DNA of 61,303 nt from Clostridia bacterium (GCA_022791395.1 JAAVZA010000025.1:1-61303), one strand, 5' to 3'; shown: positions 10,451 through 21,909, counted from the first letter of the stretch. Translations and numbers: made by a program. The notes: generated by a model not told the origin, from the sequence alone.

Positions 10451-11299
10451 ATGCAAAAATTTAATTATCATCAACACACATATAGATGTGGACATGCGGA
10501 ATTAGATATGAAAGACGAAGAATACATAGAGGAATATATAAAAATGGGATTTGAAAAGGTAGCATTTACTGATCATTGCCCACAGAAGAATGAAGTAGAT
10601 AAAAGAACTGATATGAGAATGAAATATGAGACTAGAAATGAATATTTAAGTTCTATAAATAAATTAAAACAAAAATATGCTGATAAAATAGAAATTGAGA
10701 CTGGATATGAAGTTGAATATTTACCAGGAGAAGAAGAAAATATAAAAGAGTTAAAGAATGAAAGTAATAAAATTATATTAGGACAGCACTTTATTTATGA
10801 TGACAATAAACAATTAAAAATCTTTAATAAAGCTGATTTCACTGATGAAGAATTAATTAGATATGCAGAATATGTTGAAAAAGCAATGGAGCTAAATATA
10901 CCAAACATAATTGCGCATCCAGATATATATATGATGAAAAGAAAAGAATTTGGAAATATAGAAAATGTAGTTGCAAATATGGTATGTAAAGCAGCTGAGA
11001 AATATAATATACCATTAGAAATAAATTTAAATAATATATTTTCTAAAACATATCATGAAGGCAAAAAGTTAAATAATTTGCCAATTGAAGAACAAAAAGA
11101 AAAATTAAATAATGTAGCATATCCATGTAAAGAATTTTGGAATATTGCTACAAAATATAATGTAAAAGTTTTATATGGATTAGATGTACATTATAGAGGG
11201 CAAATAATGTTATGGAACGAATTAGTAGAATTAGCGAATGAAATAATAGGAAAAGAAACAATCGAAAAATTAAATTTTATTGAAGATTTGAAGGATTAA
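10451..11299 (+). CDS. PHP-family histidinol-phosphatase-like hydrolase
   Basis: N-terminal 'HQHTYRCGHA' and 'FTDHCP' PHP motifs. Size is typical of the HisJ/HisK family. Confidence 0.7.
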   Translation: MQKFNYHQHTYRCGHAELDMKDEEYIEEYIKMGFEKVAFTDHCPQKNEVDKRTDMRMKYETRNEYLSSINKLKQKYADKIEIETGYEVEYLPGEEENIKELKNESNKIILGQHFIYDDNKQLKIFNKADFTDEELIRYAEYVEKAMELNIPNIIAHPDIYMMKRKEFGNIENVVANMVCKAAEKYNIPLEINLNNIFSKTYHEGKKLNNLPIEEQKEKLNNVAYPCKEFWNIATKYNVKVLYGLDVHYRGQIMLWNELVELANEIIGKETIEKLNFIEDLKD

Positions 11300-11341
11300 A
11301 TGTTGTAAATACTAAATAGAATAATTTAGGAGGAAGATTAA

Positions 11342-11893
11342 ATGGAAAATTATTTTATAATACATGGAAGTTTTGGGAGTCCTTTTGGAAATTGGTTTAG
11401 TTGGTTACAAGATTTTATATCATCTGATGGAAAACAAGTATATGTACCACAATTTCCAGTAGGAGTAGGTTATCAAAATTATGAAAATTGGAGTAAATTG
11501 CTTAAATATTATTTGGATTTAGGATTAATCAATGAAAATACAACAATAATAGGTCATAGTATTGCACCAGTATTCATATCAAAGTTTTTAGTTGAAAACA
11601 AGGTAAAGGTTAAAAAACTAATTTTTGTGTGTGCATTTAATAATTATCTAGGAATAAATGCTGACTACGATAATGTTAATGAAAGTATGTACTTTGATAA
11701 TTTAGAAGATGTTAAGCAATATTCTAATGAAATAATATGTTTCTATTCAAACAATGACCCATATGTAAAATATGAAGTAGAAAAAGAATTTGCAAATACT
11801 GTTGCTACAGAACAAATTTTGATACCAAATGCAGGACATATTAATAGTGAAAGCGGATATGATACATTTGAAGATATAGTAAGTTATTTATAA
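11342..11893 (+). CDS. alpha/beta serine hydrolase (YdeN-like)
   Basis: 'IIHGSFGSP' N-terminus, 'GHSIA' nucleophile elbow, C-terminal 'AGHIN'. Confidence 0.6.
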   Translation: MENYFIIHGSFGSPFGNWFSWLQDFISSDGKQVYVPQFPVGVGYQNYENWSKLLKYYLDLGLINENTTIIGHSIAPVFISKFLVENKVKVKKLIFVCAFNNYLGINADYDNVNESMYFDNLEDVKQYSNEIICFYSNNDPYVKYEVEKEFANTVATEQILIPNAGHINSESGYDTFEDIVSYL

Positions 11894-11927
11894 TATTAAA
11901 AGCATATTAAGATTAGGAGGATAATAA

Positions 11928-13700
11928 ATGAGATGTTATATTAAAGATTATCCACGACCACAATTTGTAAGAAAAGATTGGGAAAATCTAAATGGAGAAT
12001 GGAATTTTATATTTGACGATAGCAATGAAGGAGAAAGAAAAAAATACTTTTTAAACTTTCCCAATTCAAATAAAATAAAGGTGCCATTTACTTATGAAAC
12101 AAAATTAAGTGGATTAGCAGATGAAAGTATCCATTATATTGTGTGGTACAATAGAAAAATAAATATATCAAAAGAAATATTTCAATATAAGAAAGTAATA
12201 CTAAATTTTGAAGGTAGTGACTATAAAACAAAAATATGGATTAACGGAAACTATATCGGGGAAAACGTTGGTGCATATTCTAGATTTTCATTTGATATAG
12301 AAAAATATATTATAGACGGAGAAAATGATATTACTGTAAAAGTAGAAGATTCTTTATCAAAAGACCAACCTAGAGGAAAACAAAGATATAAAAAAGAAAA
12401 TTGGAAATGTTGGTATATACAAACTACAGGAATTTGGAAAACGGTATGGATAGAAATAGTATCTAAAAAATATATTAAAAATGTTAAAATAACACCCAAA
12501 ATAGAGCAGGTACAATTAGAAATTGAAACTAATTTATCTGAAAATGACATAGAAAATCAAAATTATTATATTGAAACATTAATATCATTTGATGGACAAA
12601 TATTAAACAAAACAAAAGAAATAATAAATAATAATTATTATAAATCAGAAATGAATATAGTAGCAGAAGAAATACAACACATTGTTAAAAAATGGTCTAT
12701 GAATGCTCCTAACTTATATGATATTACATATAGGTTATATTGTGAAGATAAAGTTATAGATACTGTAGATTCTTATTTTGGAATAAGAGAGATATCGATT
12801 AAGGGAAATAAAATATATTTAAATGAAGAAGAATTGTATTTAAAATTAATACTTGATCAAGGATATTGGAAAGAATCACATTTAACACCACCAAATGAAC
12901 AAAGTCTAGTAAGTGACATAGAAAGTGTTTTAGCATTAGGCTATAATGGAATAAGAAAACATCAAAAAGTAGAAGATGAAAGGTTTTTATATTGGTGTGA
13001 TGTAAAAGGTGTATTAGTATGGAGTGAAATGGCTAATTGTTATAGTTTTAATGATAAGTCATTACAGAATTTTACTAATGAATGGATAAAAGTAGTTAAG
13101 CAAAACTATAATCATCCTTCTATTATTACATGGGTTCCTATTAATGAATCTTGGGGAGTACCTGAAGTTAGTACATCAAAAAAACAACAAGATTTTATTA
13201 ATGCTTTATATTACTTAACTAAAGGAATTGATGATACAAGGCCCGTTATTTCAAATGATGGTTGGGAACATACAATATCAGATATCATAACAATACATGA
13301 TTATAGACAAGATGATGAATTGCTTTATCAAGAATATACAGATAAAGAAATGAAAGTATTGAATAATTTAAAAGAATATAATGGAAAACATAGATTATTT
13401 TCTAACAGATATAAATATGAGGGACAACCAGTTATAATAAGTGAATATGGAGGCATTGCAATTAATTCGGAGGAAGGATGGGGATATGGTAAACAAGTAA
13501 AAGATGAAAAAGAACTTATAGAAAGATTTACAAAACTTACAAAACTAATTTATAATATCCCATATATATGCGGATATTGTTATACTCAATTAACAGATGT
13601 TCAACAAGAAGTAAATGGATTGATGGATCCAGAAAGAAATTATAAAGTACAGTCCAATATAATAAAGAATATTAATAATAAAGGAAATATAAAATGTTAA
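11928..13700 (+). CDS. glycoside hydrolase family 2 (beta-galactosidase/glucuronidase-like)
   Basis: Sugar-binding N-domain 'FEGSDYKTKIWINGNYIGENVGAYSRFSFDI' and TIM-barrel motifs 'NHPSIITWVPINES' and 'ISEYGG'. Confidence 0.85.
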   Translation: MRCYIKDYPRPQFVRKDWENLNGEWNFIFDDSNEGERKKYFLNFPNSNKIKVPFTYETKLSGLADESIHYIVWYNRKINISKEIFQYKKVILNFEGSDYKTKIWINGNYIGENVGAYSRFSFDIEKYIIDGENDITVKVEDSLSKDQPRGKQRYKKENWKCWYIQTTGIWKTVWIEIVSKKYIKNVKITPKIEQVQLEIETNLSENDIENQNYYIETLISFDGQILNKTKEIINNNYYKSEMNIVAEEIQHIVKKWSMNAPNLYDITYRLYCEDKVIDTVDSYFGIREISIKGNKIYLNEEELYLKLILDQGYWKESHLTPPNEQSLVSDIESVLALGYNGIRKHQKVEDERFLYWCDVKGVLVWSEMANCYSFNDKSLQNFTNEWIKVVKQNYNHPSIITWVPINESWGVPEVSTSKKQQDFINALYYLTKGIDDTRPVISNDGWEHTISDIITIHDYRQDDELLYQEYTDKEMKVLNNLKEYNGKHRLFSNRYKYEGQPVIISEYGGIAINSEEGWGYGKQVKDEKELIERFTKLTKLIYNIPYICGYCYTQLTDVQQEVNGLMDPERNYKVQSNIIKNINNKGNIKC

Positions 13701-14422
13701 AAGGTAAAAAAGTAATTATTTTTGATTTAGACGGAACACTTATTGATTCTATAGGTGTATGGAATAATATAGACGAAGAACTTATAAAAGCAATAGGGAA
13801 TGGAAAGATCGATAATGTAGATATTGCCAAACAAAGAGATTCTAAGCTAAAAGAATATAGTAAATGTGAAGATGCATATCAAGAATATTGTAAGTTTCTA
13901 AAGGAAAAATACAATTCTAAAATGTCTGCAACAGAAATAAGAGAATTACGATATGAGATTGCTGACCAATATTTAAAAGAAAAAGTAGATTATAAGCCTA
14001 ATGCTGAAAATATATTAAAGTATTTAAGACAGAAAGGTTTTATATTGGCTATTGCAAGCTCTACGAATGATCACACAATAGAAAAATATAAAAAAGAGAA
14101 TAAGAACATAATATCTAAAGCAAATTTTGAAGATATATTTACATTAATATATGCTAAAGGTTCAGTTAAAGAGTTAAAGCCAAACCCAGAAATTCATTAT
14201 AAAATTTTAAAAGAATTAGATGTAAAAAAAGAAGAATGTATAATAATAGAAGATTCATTAATAGGTATAGAAGCAGCAAACAAAGCAGAAATAGAAGTTT
14301 GTGCGATCTATGATAAATATTCAAACTATGACAGAGAAGAAATAAATAGATTGTCACAATATCAGTTTAAAGATTTTGAAGAGATGTTATCATACATAAA
14401 AAATGAATTAGAAGAAAATTAA
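13694..14422 (+). CDS. HAD-superfamily hydrolase (subfamily IA)
   Basis: 'IFDLDGTLIDS' motif I and 'IIEDSLIGIEAA' motif IV. Confidence 0.8.
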   Translation: MLKGKKVIIFDLDGTLIDSIGVWNNIDEELIKAIGNGKIDNVDIAKQRDSKLKEYSKCEDAYQEYCKFLKEKYNSKMSATEIRELRYEIADQYLKEKVDYKPNAENILKYLRQKGFILAIASSTNDHTIEKYKKENKNIISKANFEDIFTLIYAKGSVKELKPNPEIHYKILKELDVKKEECIIIEDSLIGIEAANKAEIEVCAIYDKYSNYDREEINRLSQYQFKDFEEMLSYIKNELEEN

Positions 14423-14442
14423 TAAAATAATGGAGTATAATA

Positions 14443-15165
14443 ATGAAAGTAGAATTAATAGGAACAGGTAGCATATATACCAAATATAATAGTGCTTGCA
14501 CTTTAATTAATAATGATATGATAATAGATATGCCTAATGGAACATTAAAACAGTTATTAAAGAAAAACTATGCACCAGAAGATATAAAAACAATTGTAAT
14601 TACACATATGCATGGTGATCATATAGCAGATTTACCATTTTTCTTGAAATATATTTTTAGATTTATTAATATAAATAGCGAAATTACTATAATAGGTCCA
14701 AAAGGAATAGAAAATAAAGTAGTTCAATTATTTGATGCTTATAATTTTGAAAATAAAGAAGAAATAGAACAAAAAATGCAAATAAAATATATTGAACTAA
14801 ATAATTCTAATGTATTAATAAATGATATAAACGGATATCAGGTTAAGGCAATTTTAGTTTCACACGGAGAAGAAAAACCCGCATATGGCTATGTCATAAA
14901 TGAAGTATTAGGCTTGACAGGTGATAGTGGATTTTGTACTGGTGTTGAAGAAATTGTAAATAATAGTAATATAATAATAGCAGATTCTTCATTTGCTCAA
15001 GGTGATGAGTGTCATTTAGGAATTGATAATATTATATATCTTATAGATAAGTATAAAAAACAAATTATAGCTACGCATTTAAGAGATATAACAAGAGAAG
15101 AGTTTAAAACTAACAAAATAGAAAATTTTTTAGTAGTAGAAGATGGTTATCAATTTGAAATATAG
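14443..15165 (+). CDS. MBL-fold hydrolase
   Basis: 'ITHMHGDHIADLPFF' motif. Confidence 0.75.
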   Translation: MKVELIGTGSIYTKYNSACTLINNDMIIDMPNGTLKQLLKKNYAPEDIKTIVITHMHGDHIADLPFFLKYIFRFININSEITIIGPKGIENKVVQLFDAYNFENKEEIEQKMQIKYIELNNSNVLINDINGYQVKAILVSHGEEKPAYGYVINEVLGLTGDSGFCTGVEEIVNNSNIIIADSSFAQGDECHLGIDNIIYLIDKYKKQIIATHLRDITREEFKTNKIENFLVVEDGYQFEI

Positions 15166-15196
15166 AAAAATAATTCATATCTAAGGAGGCAAAATA

Positions 15197-16000
15197 TTGA
15201 TCTATTTAAAAATATTTAAATTAAGTAATAGCAAAAGTAGAAATAGCAATATATATCCTTTTAATGTATTAAAAAATAAAGAACCAGATGTGTTTTTATT
15301 TGATAATATAACTGTACTATATGGAAGTAATGGATCTGGAAAATCAACAATACTAAATATTATTGCACATAAATTAAATCTAAAAGGAAAAGAGAAAGTT
15401 AGTAGAACATTAGATTATTTTGAAGATTATGCGTCTAAATGTGATTATGAACTAGGAGAAAACGAAAACGGTAGAAAAATCACTAAAATACCAGTAAATA
15501 GTAGATATATAAAGAGTGAGGAAATATTATATGAGATAAGGAAAATACAGCAAGATGCAGTTTTAAAGGAATGTATAGAAAGTAATCTGGCAAGAGAAAG
15601 AGGGTTAGAAAATGCTAAAGAATTTTTAAAAACTAAAGAAGGTGAAAAACAATTTGCAAGATTTAAGTTTTCACAAGATAAATATTCTAATGGAGAAACA
15701 ACAATGCAAATTTTAGAAGATAATATTCAGCCAGATACATTATATTTATTAGATGAACCAGAAGTTTCATTATCTCCGCAAAATCAAGTAAAACTTGCAG
15801 AAGAAATAAATAAGACGTCAAGATACTTGGGTGTTCAATTTATAATAGCAACGCATTCACCATTCATATTAGGAATTTTAAATGCTAAAATATACAATTT
15901 AGATACAAAAAATTATAAAATACAAAAATGGACTGAACTTGAAAATGTAAGATATTTTTATGAATTCTTTAAGAATAAACAAAATGAATTTGAAAGTTAA
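15197..16000 (+). CDS. AAA/ABC-like ATPase
   Basis: Walker A 'GSNGSGKST', Walker B 'LYLLDEPE', 'ATHSP' H-loop-like. TTG start. Confidence 0.65.
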   Translation: MIYLKIFKLSNSKSRNSNIYPFNVLKNKEPDVFLFDNITVLYGSNGSGKSTILNIIAHKLNLKGKEKVSRTLDYFEDYASKCDYELGENENGRKITKIPVNSRYIKSEEILYEIRKIQQDAVLKECIESNLARERGLENAKEFLKTKEGEKQFARFKFSQDKYSNGETTMQILEDNIQPDTLYLLDEPEVSLSPQNQVKLAEEINKTSRYLGVQFIIATHSPFILGILNAKIYNLDTKNYKIQKWTELENVRYFYEFFKNKQNEFES

Positions 16001-16060
16001 ATGTGAATTTAATAAAAAATAAGTCTTGAAAAATATGCTAATATATAGTAAAATAGTTAA

Positions 16061-16413
16061 AGAGTAAATTGAATGGTCGCGTATAGCAAAACCGAAAGGT
16101 TGCGTACGAGGAAAGTCCGGGCTCCATAAGAGCAATGATGCTGGATAACGTCCAGTGAAGGAAACTTTAAGGAAAGTGCAACAGAAAATAACCGCCTAAA
16201 GTTTAGGTAAGGGTGAAAAGGTGAGGTAAGAGCTTACCGCAAGTATGGTGACATATTTGGTCAATGTAAACCCCATCTGGAGCAACACCTTGTAATTCCA
16301 AGAAGGATAAGAAGCTCTTTCATCTTCTTGGTACTGGTGGCTTAAGTCTTATAGTAATATAAGGAATAGATAAATGACCGTTCACGACAGAACCCGGCTT
16401 ATAGATTTACTTA
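16061..16413 (+). ncRNA. rnpB: RNase P RNA, bacterial type B
   Basis: Universal 'GAGGAAAGTCCGGGCTCC' and 'ACAGAACCCGGCTTA' segments. P1 pairing of 5' AGTAAAT with 3' ATTTACT. TTGAAA-17-TAAAAT promoter at 16026-16054. Confidence 0.9.
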
Positions 16414-16423
16414 TTTATATATC

Positions 16424-16453
16424 AAAACAGATAGGAATAAACCTATCTGTTTT
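16424..16453. terminator. bidirectional hairpin between rnpB and the rluD-like gene
   Basis: 12-bp perfect stem AAAACAGATAGG / CCTATCTGTTTT with a 6-nt loop. Confidence 0.7.
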
Positions 16454-17325
16454 GCATTAAGTTTAAGATATCAGTTGGTAAATTTGCTTCTATATTCATA
16501 TGTTTTTTAGTAATAGGGTGACTAAAACTTACTTTACAAGAATGCAATGCTTGTCTATTTATTAATTTTGAATTAGTACCATATAAACTATCTCCAACAA
16601 TAGGATGTCCTATGTGTGCCATATGAACACGTATTTGATGAGTTCTTCCTGTTTGCAATGAAATATAAAGAAGAGACATGCTATCGAATTCTTTTATAAC
16701 GTAATATTCTGTAATAGCAATATCGCCGTCCTTTCTAACACATCTTTCTATAATACTGTTTTCATTTCTTGCAATAGGAGCATTGATAATATCATGCTTT
16801 TTATCTAATATATCATTAACAATTGCAATATAACTTTTTTTAAAAGTATGGTTATTCATTTGTTTTGCTAAACATTCTTGAACATATTCATTCTTAGCAA
16901 AAATAACTATACCGTGATGTATCTCTATCTAGTCTATTTACTGGACGGATTTTTCTTTTTAATCCAATTTTATCAAAATAAAACTTAACACCATTAGATA
17001 AGCTATTATCGTAATGAAGTATAGATGGATGAACAGCCATATTACTTGGCTTATTTAGAATAAGCATAGCTTCATCTTCATATATAATATCTAATTTCAT
17101 TTCTGTAGGAACAATATTTGAATTATCTTCTTCAAAGTCTATATTAAGTTTTATTATATCATTTATTTTAACTTCTTTATCAATATAGGTAATTTCATCA
17201 TTTAAGATAATTCGCTTATAATTTTTTAGTTTTAAAATAAGTCTAGAAGACATATTAAACTCTTCTTTTAATATTTGTTTTATATTAAAATATTTATCAT
17301 CTTTTACAATATACTCTAATTTCAT
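16443..17325 (-). CDS. RluA/RluD-family pseudouridine synthase (requires +1 shift at CGG 16914-16912)
   Basis: Joins track ORFs 16894..17325 and 16443..16859. S4-like N-terminus, then 'RLDRDTS-G-IVIFAKN', then 'GRTHQIRVH'. Confidence 0.85.
16912..16914 (-). other. zero-frame CGG / +1 frame-break site (rluD-like)
   Basis: Sense strand 'aca tca CGG tat agt...' stops 5 codons later. Skipping the C gives GGT ATA GTT ATT TTT GCT AAG (G-I-V-I-F-A-K) and completes the catalytic 'DTSG' motif. Confidence 0.85.
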
Positions 17326-17497
17326 AATTTCACCGTTTCTTATTATAAATCAAAACAAATTTCTATTCAAGCCATATAAATAATTTATATAGTAACAAAA
17401 GTATATTCTAAAATTCAAGGAAAATAATCCAACAAAATTGTTGTACTTTTTAAAAATAAAAGATATAATATTTCTATAATAAAAATGGAGGTAGAAA

Positions 17498-18511
17498 ATG
17501 TCGTTTATAGAAGAAATAAAAAATAGAGCAAAGCAAGATATTAAAACAATTGTATTACCAGAAGCAACAGACGATAGAGTATTGGAAGCAACAGATACTA
17601 TTTTAAAAGATGGATTCGCAAATATTGTTTTGCTAGGAGAAAAAGAAAAAATATTAGAAAAAGCAAAAGATAAAGGATTAAATTTATCTTCAGTTACTAT
17701 TATAAATCCAATAGAAGCTGATAAGTATGAAGAATATACTAATGCTTTTTACGAGTTGCGTAAGGCAAAAGGAATGGAATATGAAACCGCAAAAGAATTA
17801 ATGAAAGATACTGTGTATTTTGGAATGATGATGGTAAAAGCAGGGGATTGTGATGGACTTGTTTCAGGAGCTATACATTCAACAGCAGATACATTAAGAC
17901 CTGCTTTACAAATTTTAAAGACAGCACCAAACACAAAACTTGTTTCAGCATTTTTTTTAATGGTAGTTCCAAATTGTGAGTTTGGAGAAAATGGAACCTT
18001 TGTATTTGGTGATTGCGGATTAAATGCATATCCAAATGAAGAAGAATTATCAGAAATAGCAATTTCTTCAGCGAATAGTTTTAAAATGCTTACTGGGAGA
18101 GAAGCAAAAGTTGCAATGCTATCATATTCAACTAAGGGCAGTGCAAAATCAAGTGAAATTGATAAAGTTGTAAATGCAACAAAACTTGTAAAAGAAAAAG
18201 AGCCAAATTTATTAGTTGATGGAGAACTACAATTAGATGCCGCTATTATTCCAGAAATAGCAAAAAGTAAAGCACCAGAAAGTAATGTAGCAGGAAAGGC
18301 TAATACATTAGTATTCCCAAACTTAGATGCAGGAAATATAGGATACAAATTAGTTCAAAGATTAGGAAAAGCAGAAGCGTATGGTCCACTATGTCAAGGA
18401 ATAGCAAAACCTGTAAATGATTTATCTCGTGGATGTAATGCAAATGATATAGTTGGAGTTGTAGCAATTACAGCTGTACAAGCTCAAAATATAGAAAGAA
18501 GTGAAGGATAA
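17498..18511 (+). CDS. pta: phosphate acetyltransferase
   Basis: 337-aa short Pta with 'VSGAIHSTADTLRPALQI' and 'GPLCQGIAKPVNDLSRG'. Confidence 0.93.
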   Translation: MSFIEEIKNRAKQDIKTIVLPEATDDRVLEATDTILKDGFANIVLLGEKEKILEKAKDKGLNLSSVTIINPIEADKYEEYTNAFYELRKAKGMEYETAKELMKDTVYFGMMMVKAGDCDGLVSGAIHSTADTLRPALQILKTAPNTKLVSAFFLMVVPNCEFGENGTFVFGDCGLNAYPNEEELSEIAISSANSFKMLTGREAKVAMLSYSTKGSAKSSEIDKVVNATKLVKEKEPNLLVDGELQLDAAIIPEIAKSKAPESNVAGKANTLVFPNLDAGNIGYKLVQRLGKAEAYGPLCQGIAKPVNDLSRGCNANDIVGVVAITAVQAQNIERSEG

Positions 18512-19000
18512 GTGGCAAAAGCAAAGATAGTATCATGCTTTTCTTGTACAGGTAAAACACAGTTGTCTAGCAAATATAATAATATACTAGATTTAGAAGC
18601 TAGTAATTACAAATGGATATATAACGATATAGAATTAGCAAAAAATATTGAAAAGAGAAAAGGAATAAAGGATAGGAAACTTAATCCACTATATCCAGAT
18701 AATTATATTAAAGCAATAAATGATAATATTAATAAATATGATATTATTTTAATAACACCAGAAAAAGCAATTAAGGATATACTGTTTAAGAATGGATTTG
18801 ATTATATTTTAGTATATCCTACAAGCAGTACTTTTGTTGTACGAAGGTCTATATTAAGAGGAAATAATTTATGTTTTGCAAATGGACTAAAAGAGTCGTA
18901 TAAAAAGTGGTATCCAACTAAAAACGAAAAAGTTTTATGGGAAAATGAAGATGAATATTTAGAAGATATATTATATAAAAATGAAATTATAAATGCATAA
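18512..19000 (+). CDS. hypothetical P-loop-like protein inserted between pta and ackA
   Basis: The GTG start abuts the pta stop. N-terminal 'SCFSCTGKT' is Walker-A-like. No family recognised. Confidence 0.45.
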   Translation: MAKAKIVSCFSCTGKTQLSSKYNNILDLEASNYKWIYNDIELAKNIEKRKGIKDRKLNPLYPDNYIKAINDNINKYDIILITPEKAIKDILFKNGFDYILVYPTSSTFVVRRSILRGNNLCFANGLKESYKKWYPTKNEKVLWENEDEYLEDILYKNEIINA

Positions 19001-19067
19001 ATAATTACTAGACTTTTAAAAAGCTCTATGATATAATTTAGATTATAATTTTTAGGAGGTTAAACAA

Positions 19068-20258
19068 ATGAAAATATTAGTATTAAATTGCGGAAGTTCT
19101 TCTTTAAAATATCAATTAATAGATATGGAAACAGAAGATGTTCTAGCATCAGGAAAATATGAAAGAATAGGTGAAGATGAAGCATTTATTACACATAAAG
19201 TAAACGGACAAAAAATAGAAATTACTCATCCTGCAAAAAATCATGAAGAAGCAGTCGATTTTACTTTAAAACAATTAATTAATCCAGAATATAAAGTAAT
19301 TGATTCATTAGATGAAATAGAAGCAATAGGACATAGACTTGTTCATGGTGGGGAAAAAATTGCAGAATCAGTTGTAATAGATGAACATGTTGTAGAAGTT
19401 TTGAAAGAATGTACAGATTTAGCACCACTTCATAATCCAGCAGGAATTATAGGAATTGAGGCTTGTAAAAAGGTAATGCCAGGAAAACCAATGGTTGGTG
19501 TATTTGATACAGCATTCCACCAAACAATTCCAGAAGAAAGATATTTATACCCAATACCATATGAATATTATGAAAAATATGGTATAAGAAAATATGGATT
19601 TCATGGTACATCACATATGTATGTATCTAAAAGACTTGCAGAGATTGAAAATAAACCAATAGAAGATTTGAAAATTATTACATGCCACTTAGGTCAAGGT
19701 TCTAGTGTTTGTGCAATTGAAGGTGGAAAAAGTGTAGATACAAGTATGGGACTTACACCACTTGCTGGTGTTCCTATGGTAACAAGAAGTGGAGATATAG
19801 ACCCATCAGTTGTTACTTTCATTATGAAAAAAGAAAATAAAACAGCTGCAGAAGTAGAAAATCTTTTAAATAAAGTTTCAGGTGTGCAAGGAATTTCAGG
19901 ATTAGCACCAGACTTTAGAGTAATAGAAAATGAATCTGTAGAAGGAAATAAAAGAGCTTTAATTGCAATGAACAACTTTAAATATTCTGTTGCAGGATTT
20001 ATTGCAAAATATGCAGCTGCTATGAACGGAGTAGACGCAATAATATTTACTGGTGGAGTTGGAGAAAATCAAATTAACATACGTAAAGGAATTTGCGAAA
20101 GATTAGGATTTATGGGCGTTGAAATTGACGAAAATAGAAATAATGTAAGAAGTGAAGAAAGATTAGTTTCAAAGGATTCTTCAAAAGTAAGAGTATATGT
20201 AATCCCTACAAATGAAGAATTAATGATAGCAAAAGAAACCGAAAGACTAGTAAAATAA
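19068..20258 (+). CDS. ackA: acetate kinase
   Basis: 'ILVLNCGSSSLKYQL', 'HRLVHGG' and 'GFHGTSH' motifs. Confidence 0.95.
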   Translation: MKILVLNCGSSSLKYQLIDMETEDVLASGKYERIGEDEAFITHKVNGQKIEITHPAKNHEEAVDFTLKQLINPEYKVIDSLDEIEAIGHRLVHGGEKIAESVVIDEHVVEVLKECTDLAPLHNPAGIIGIEACKKVMPGKPMVGVFDTAFHQTIPEERYLYPIPYEYYEKYGIRKYGFHGTSHMYVSKRLAEIENKPIEDLKIITCHLGQGSSVCAIEGGKSVDTSMGLTPLAGVPMVTRSGDIDPSVVTFIMKKENKTAAEVENLLNKVSGVQGISGLAPDFRVIENESVEGNKRALIAMNNFKYSVAGFIAKYAAAMNGVDAIIFTGGVGENQINIRKGICERLGFMGVEIDENRNNVRSEERLVSKDSSKVRVYVIPTNEELMIAKETERLVK

Positions 20259-20397
20259 GAAAATAAATTTTGTGAACACTGTTTACATAACAAAACAAAT
20301 ATAGTATAATATTAAATATAGTTTAGGAAAATTATGGCATACAAGAATGAAGCTAAAAGGCTTCATTCATTTAATATAAATTTTAGGAGGATTAAAT

Positions 20398-21909
20398 ATG
20401 GCAAAGATTTTAGAAGATATTTCAAGAACCTTTAATGAATTTTTATTATTACCAAATTTAACAACAGAAGAATGTATACCTGATAAAGTATCATTAAAAA
20501 CACCACTTGTAAAATTTAAAAAAGGAGAAGAACCAAAGTATTCAGCAAATGTACCTATGGTATCAGCAATTATGCAATCTGTTTCAGGTGAAGAAATGGG
20601 TATAGCACTAGCACGTGAAGGTGGAGTTGCTTTCATATATGGTGCACAATCAATTGAAGCACAAGCAGAAATGGTTTATCATGTAAAAAAACATAAAGCT
20701 GGATTTGTTATAAGTGATTCAAATGTAAAAAGTGGAACTCCACTTAGAGATGTAATTGCATTAGTTGAAGAAACAGGACATTCTACTGTGATTGTTACAG
20801 AAGATGGAACAGCTAATGGAAAGTTTTTAGGAATTGTAACAGATAAAGATTATAGAATAACAAGGGATAACCAAGATACTCCAATTGATGAATTTATGAC
20901 AAAAGCAGAAAATGTTGTATCTGCTAAAAAAGGAATCACTCTTGCTGAAGCAAATGATATAATTTGGGAAAACAAAATAAATTGTTTACCAATCTTAACA
21001 GAAGAAGGAAACTTAAAATATCTTGTATTTAGAAGAGATTATGAAGAAAGAAAGAATAATCCTAATTCATTATTAGATGAAAACAAACGCTATATTGTTG
21101 GTGCAGGTATTAACACAAGAGATTACGAACAAAGAATACCAGCATTAGTAGAAGCTGGTGTTGATATGGTTTGTATGGATTCTTCAGATGGATATTCAGT
21201 ATGGCAAAAAAGAACTATTGATTTTGTTAGAGAAAAATATGGAGATAGTGTTAAAATTGGTGCAGGAAATGTAGTAGATAAAGAAGGCTTTAGATATCTA
21301 GCAGAAGCTGGTGCAGACTTTATAAAAGTTGGTGTTGGTGGAGGATCTATCTGCATTACTCGTGAAACAAAGGGAATAGGGCGTGGACAAGCAAGTGCTT
21401 TAATAGATGTTGTAGCTGCACGTGATGAATATTTTGAAGAAACAGGTATATATATTCCAATTTGTTCAGATGGAGGAATAGTACATGATCATCATATTAC
21501 AATAGCATTAGCACTTGGAGCAGACTTTGTAATGATGGGAAGATATTTTGCAAGATTTGATGAAAGTCCAACAAGAGTATTAAAAGTAGGAAATACATAT
21601 GTAAAAGAATATTGGGGCGAAGGTTCGAACCGTGCAAGAAATTGGCAAAGATATGACCTTGGTGGAGCTGCTAAAAATAAATTATCTTTTGAAGAAGGTG
21701 TAGATTCATATATACCATATGCAGGTAGCCTAAAAGATAATTTAGCAGTAACAGTAGCAAAGATTAAATCTACAATGTGCAACTGTGGAGCAACAACAAT
21801 AAAAGAATTACACAAAAACGCAAGATTAACTCTTGTGTCAGAAGTAAGTATCGCAGAAGGTAGCGCACATGATGTTATGTTAAAAGAAGTAGATAAAAGT
21901 TATAAATAA
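20398..21909 (+). CDS. guaB: IMP dehydrogenase
   Basis: CBS pair plus the catalytic loop '[12 protein letters not shown]'. Confidence 0.95.
   Translation: MAKILEDISRTFNEFLLLPNLTTEECIPDKVSLKTPLVKFKKGEEPKYSANVPMVSAIMQSVSGEEMGIALAREGGVAFIYGAQSIEAQAEMVYHVKKHKAGFVISDSNVKSGTPLRDVIALVEETGHSTVIVTEDGTANGKFLGIVTDKDYRITRDNQDTPIDEFMTKAENVVSAKKGITLAEANDIIWENKINCLPILTEEGNLKYLVFRRDYEERKNNPNSLLDENKRYIVGAGINTRDYEQRIPALVEAGVDMVCMDSSDGYSVWQKRTIDFVREKYGDSVKIGAGNVVDKEGFRYLAEAGADFIKVGVGGGSICITRETKGIGRGQASALIDVVAARDEYFEETGIYIPICSDGGIVHDHHITIALALGADFVMMGRYFARFDESPTRVLKVGNTYVKEYWGEGSNRARNWQRYDLGGAAKNKLSFEEGVDSYIPYAGSLKDNLAVTVAKIKSTMCNCGATTIKELHKNARLTLVSEVSIAEGSAHDVMLKEVDKSYK

Noticed and set aside
17749-18348. 199-aa ORF antisense to pta. 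The 17871..18062 ORF is similar.
   Set aside because: It lies fully inside, and opposite to, a strongly conserved pta frame. The sequence is low-complexity (S/F/A-rich) and has no RBS.
20260-20397. A purine riboswitch or T-box in the guaB leader. The guaA leader (25233-25388) and the purH leader (44564-44712) were checked too.
   Set aside because: The conserved guanine-riboswitch core (TATAATCGCG..GGATATGGC..CCG..ACTATG) is absent, and so is the T-box sequence. The guaB leader has only a promoter (TTTACA-17-TATAAT) and a 9-bp hairpin at 20346-20369.
20367-20636. 89-aa - strand ORF over the guaB start.
   Set aside because: It is antisense to the conserved IMPDH N-terminus. No RBS.
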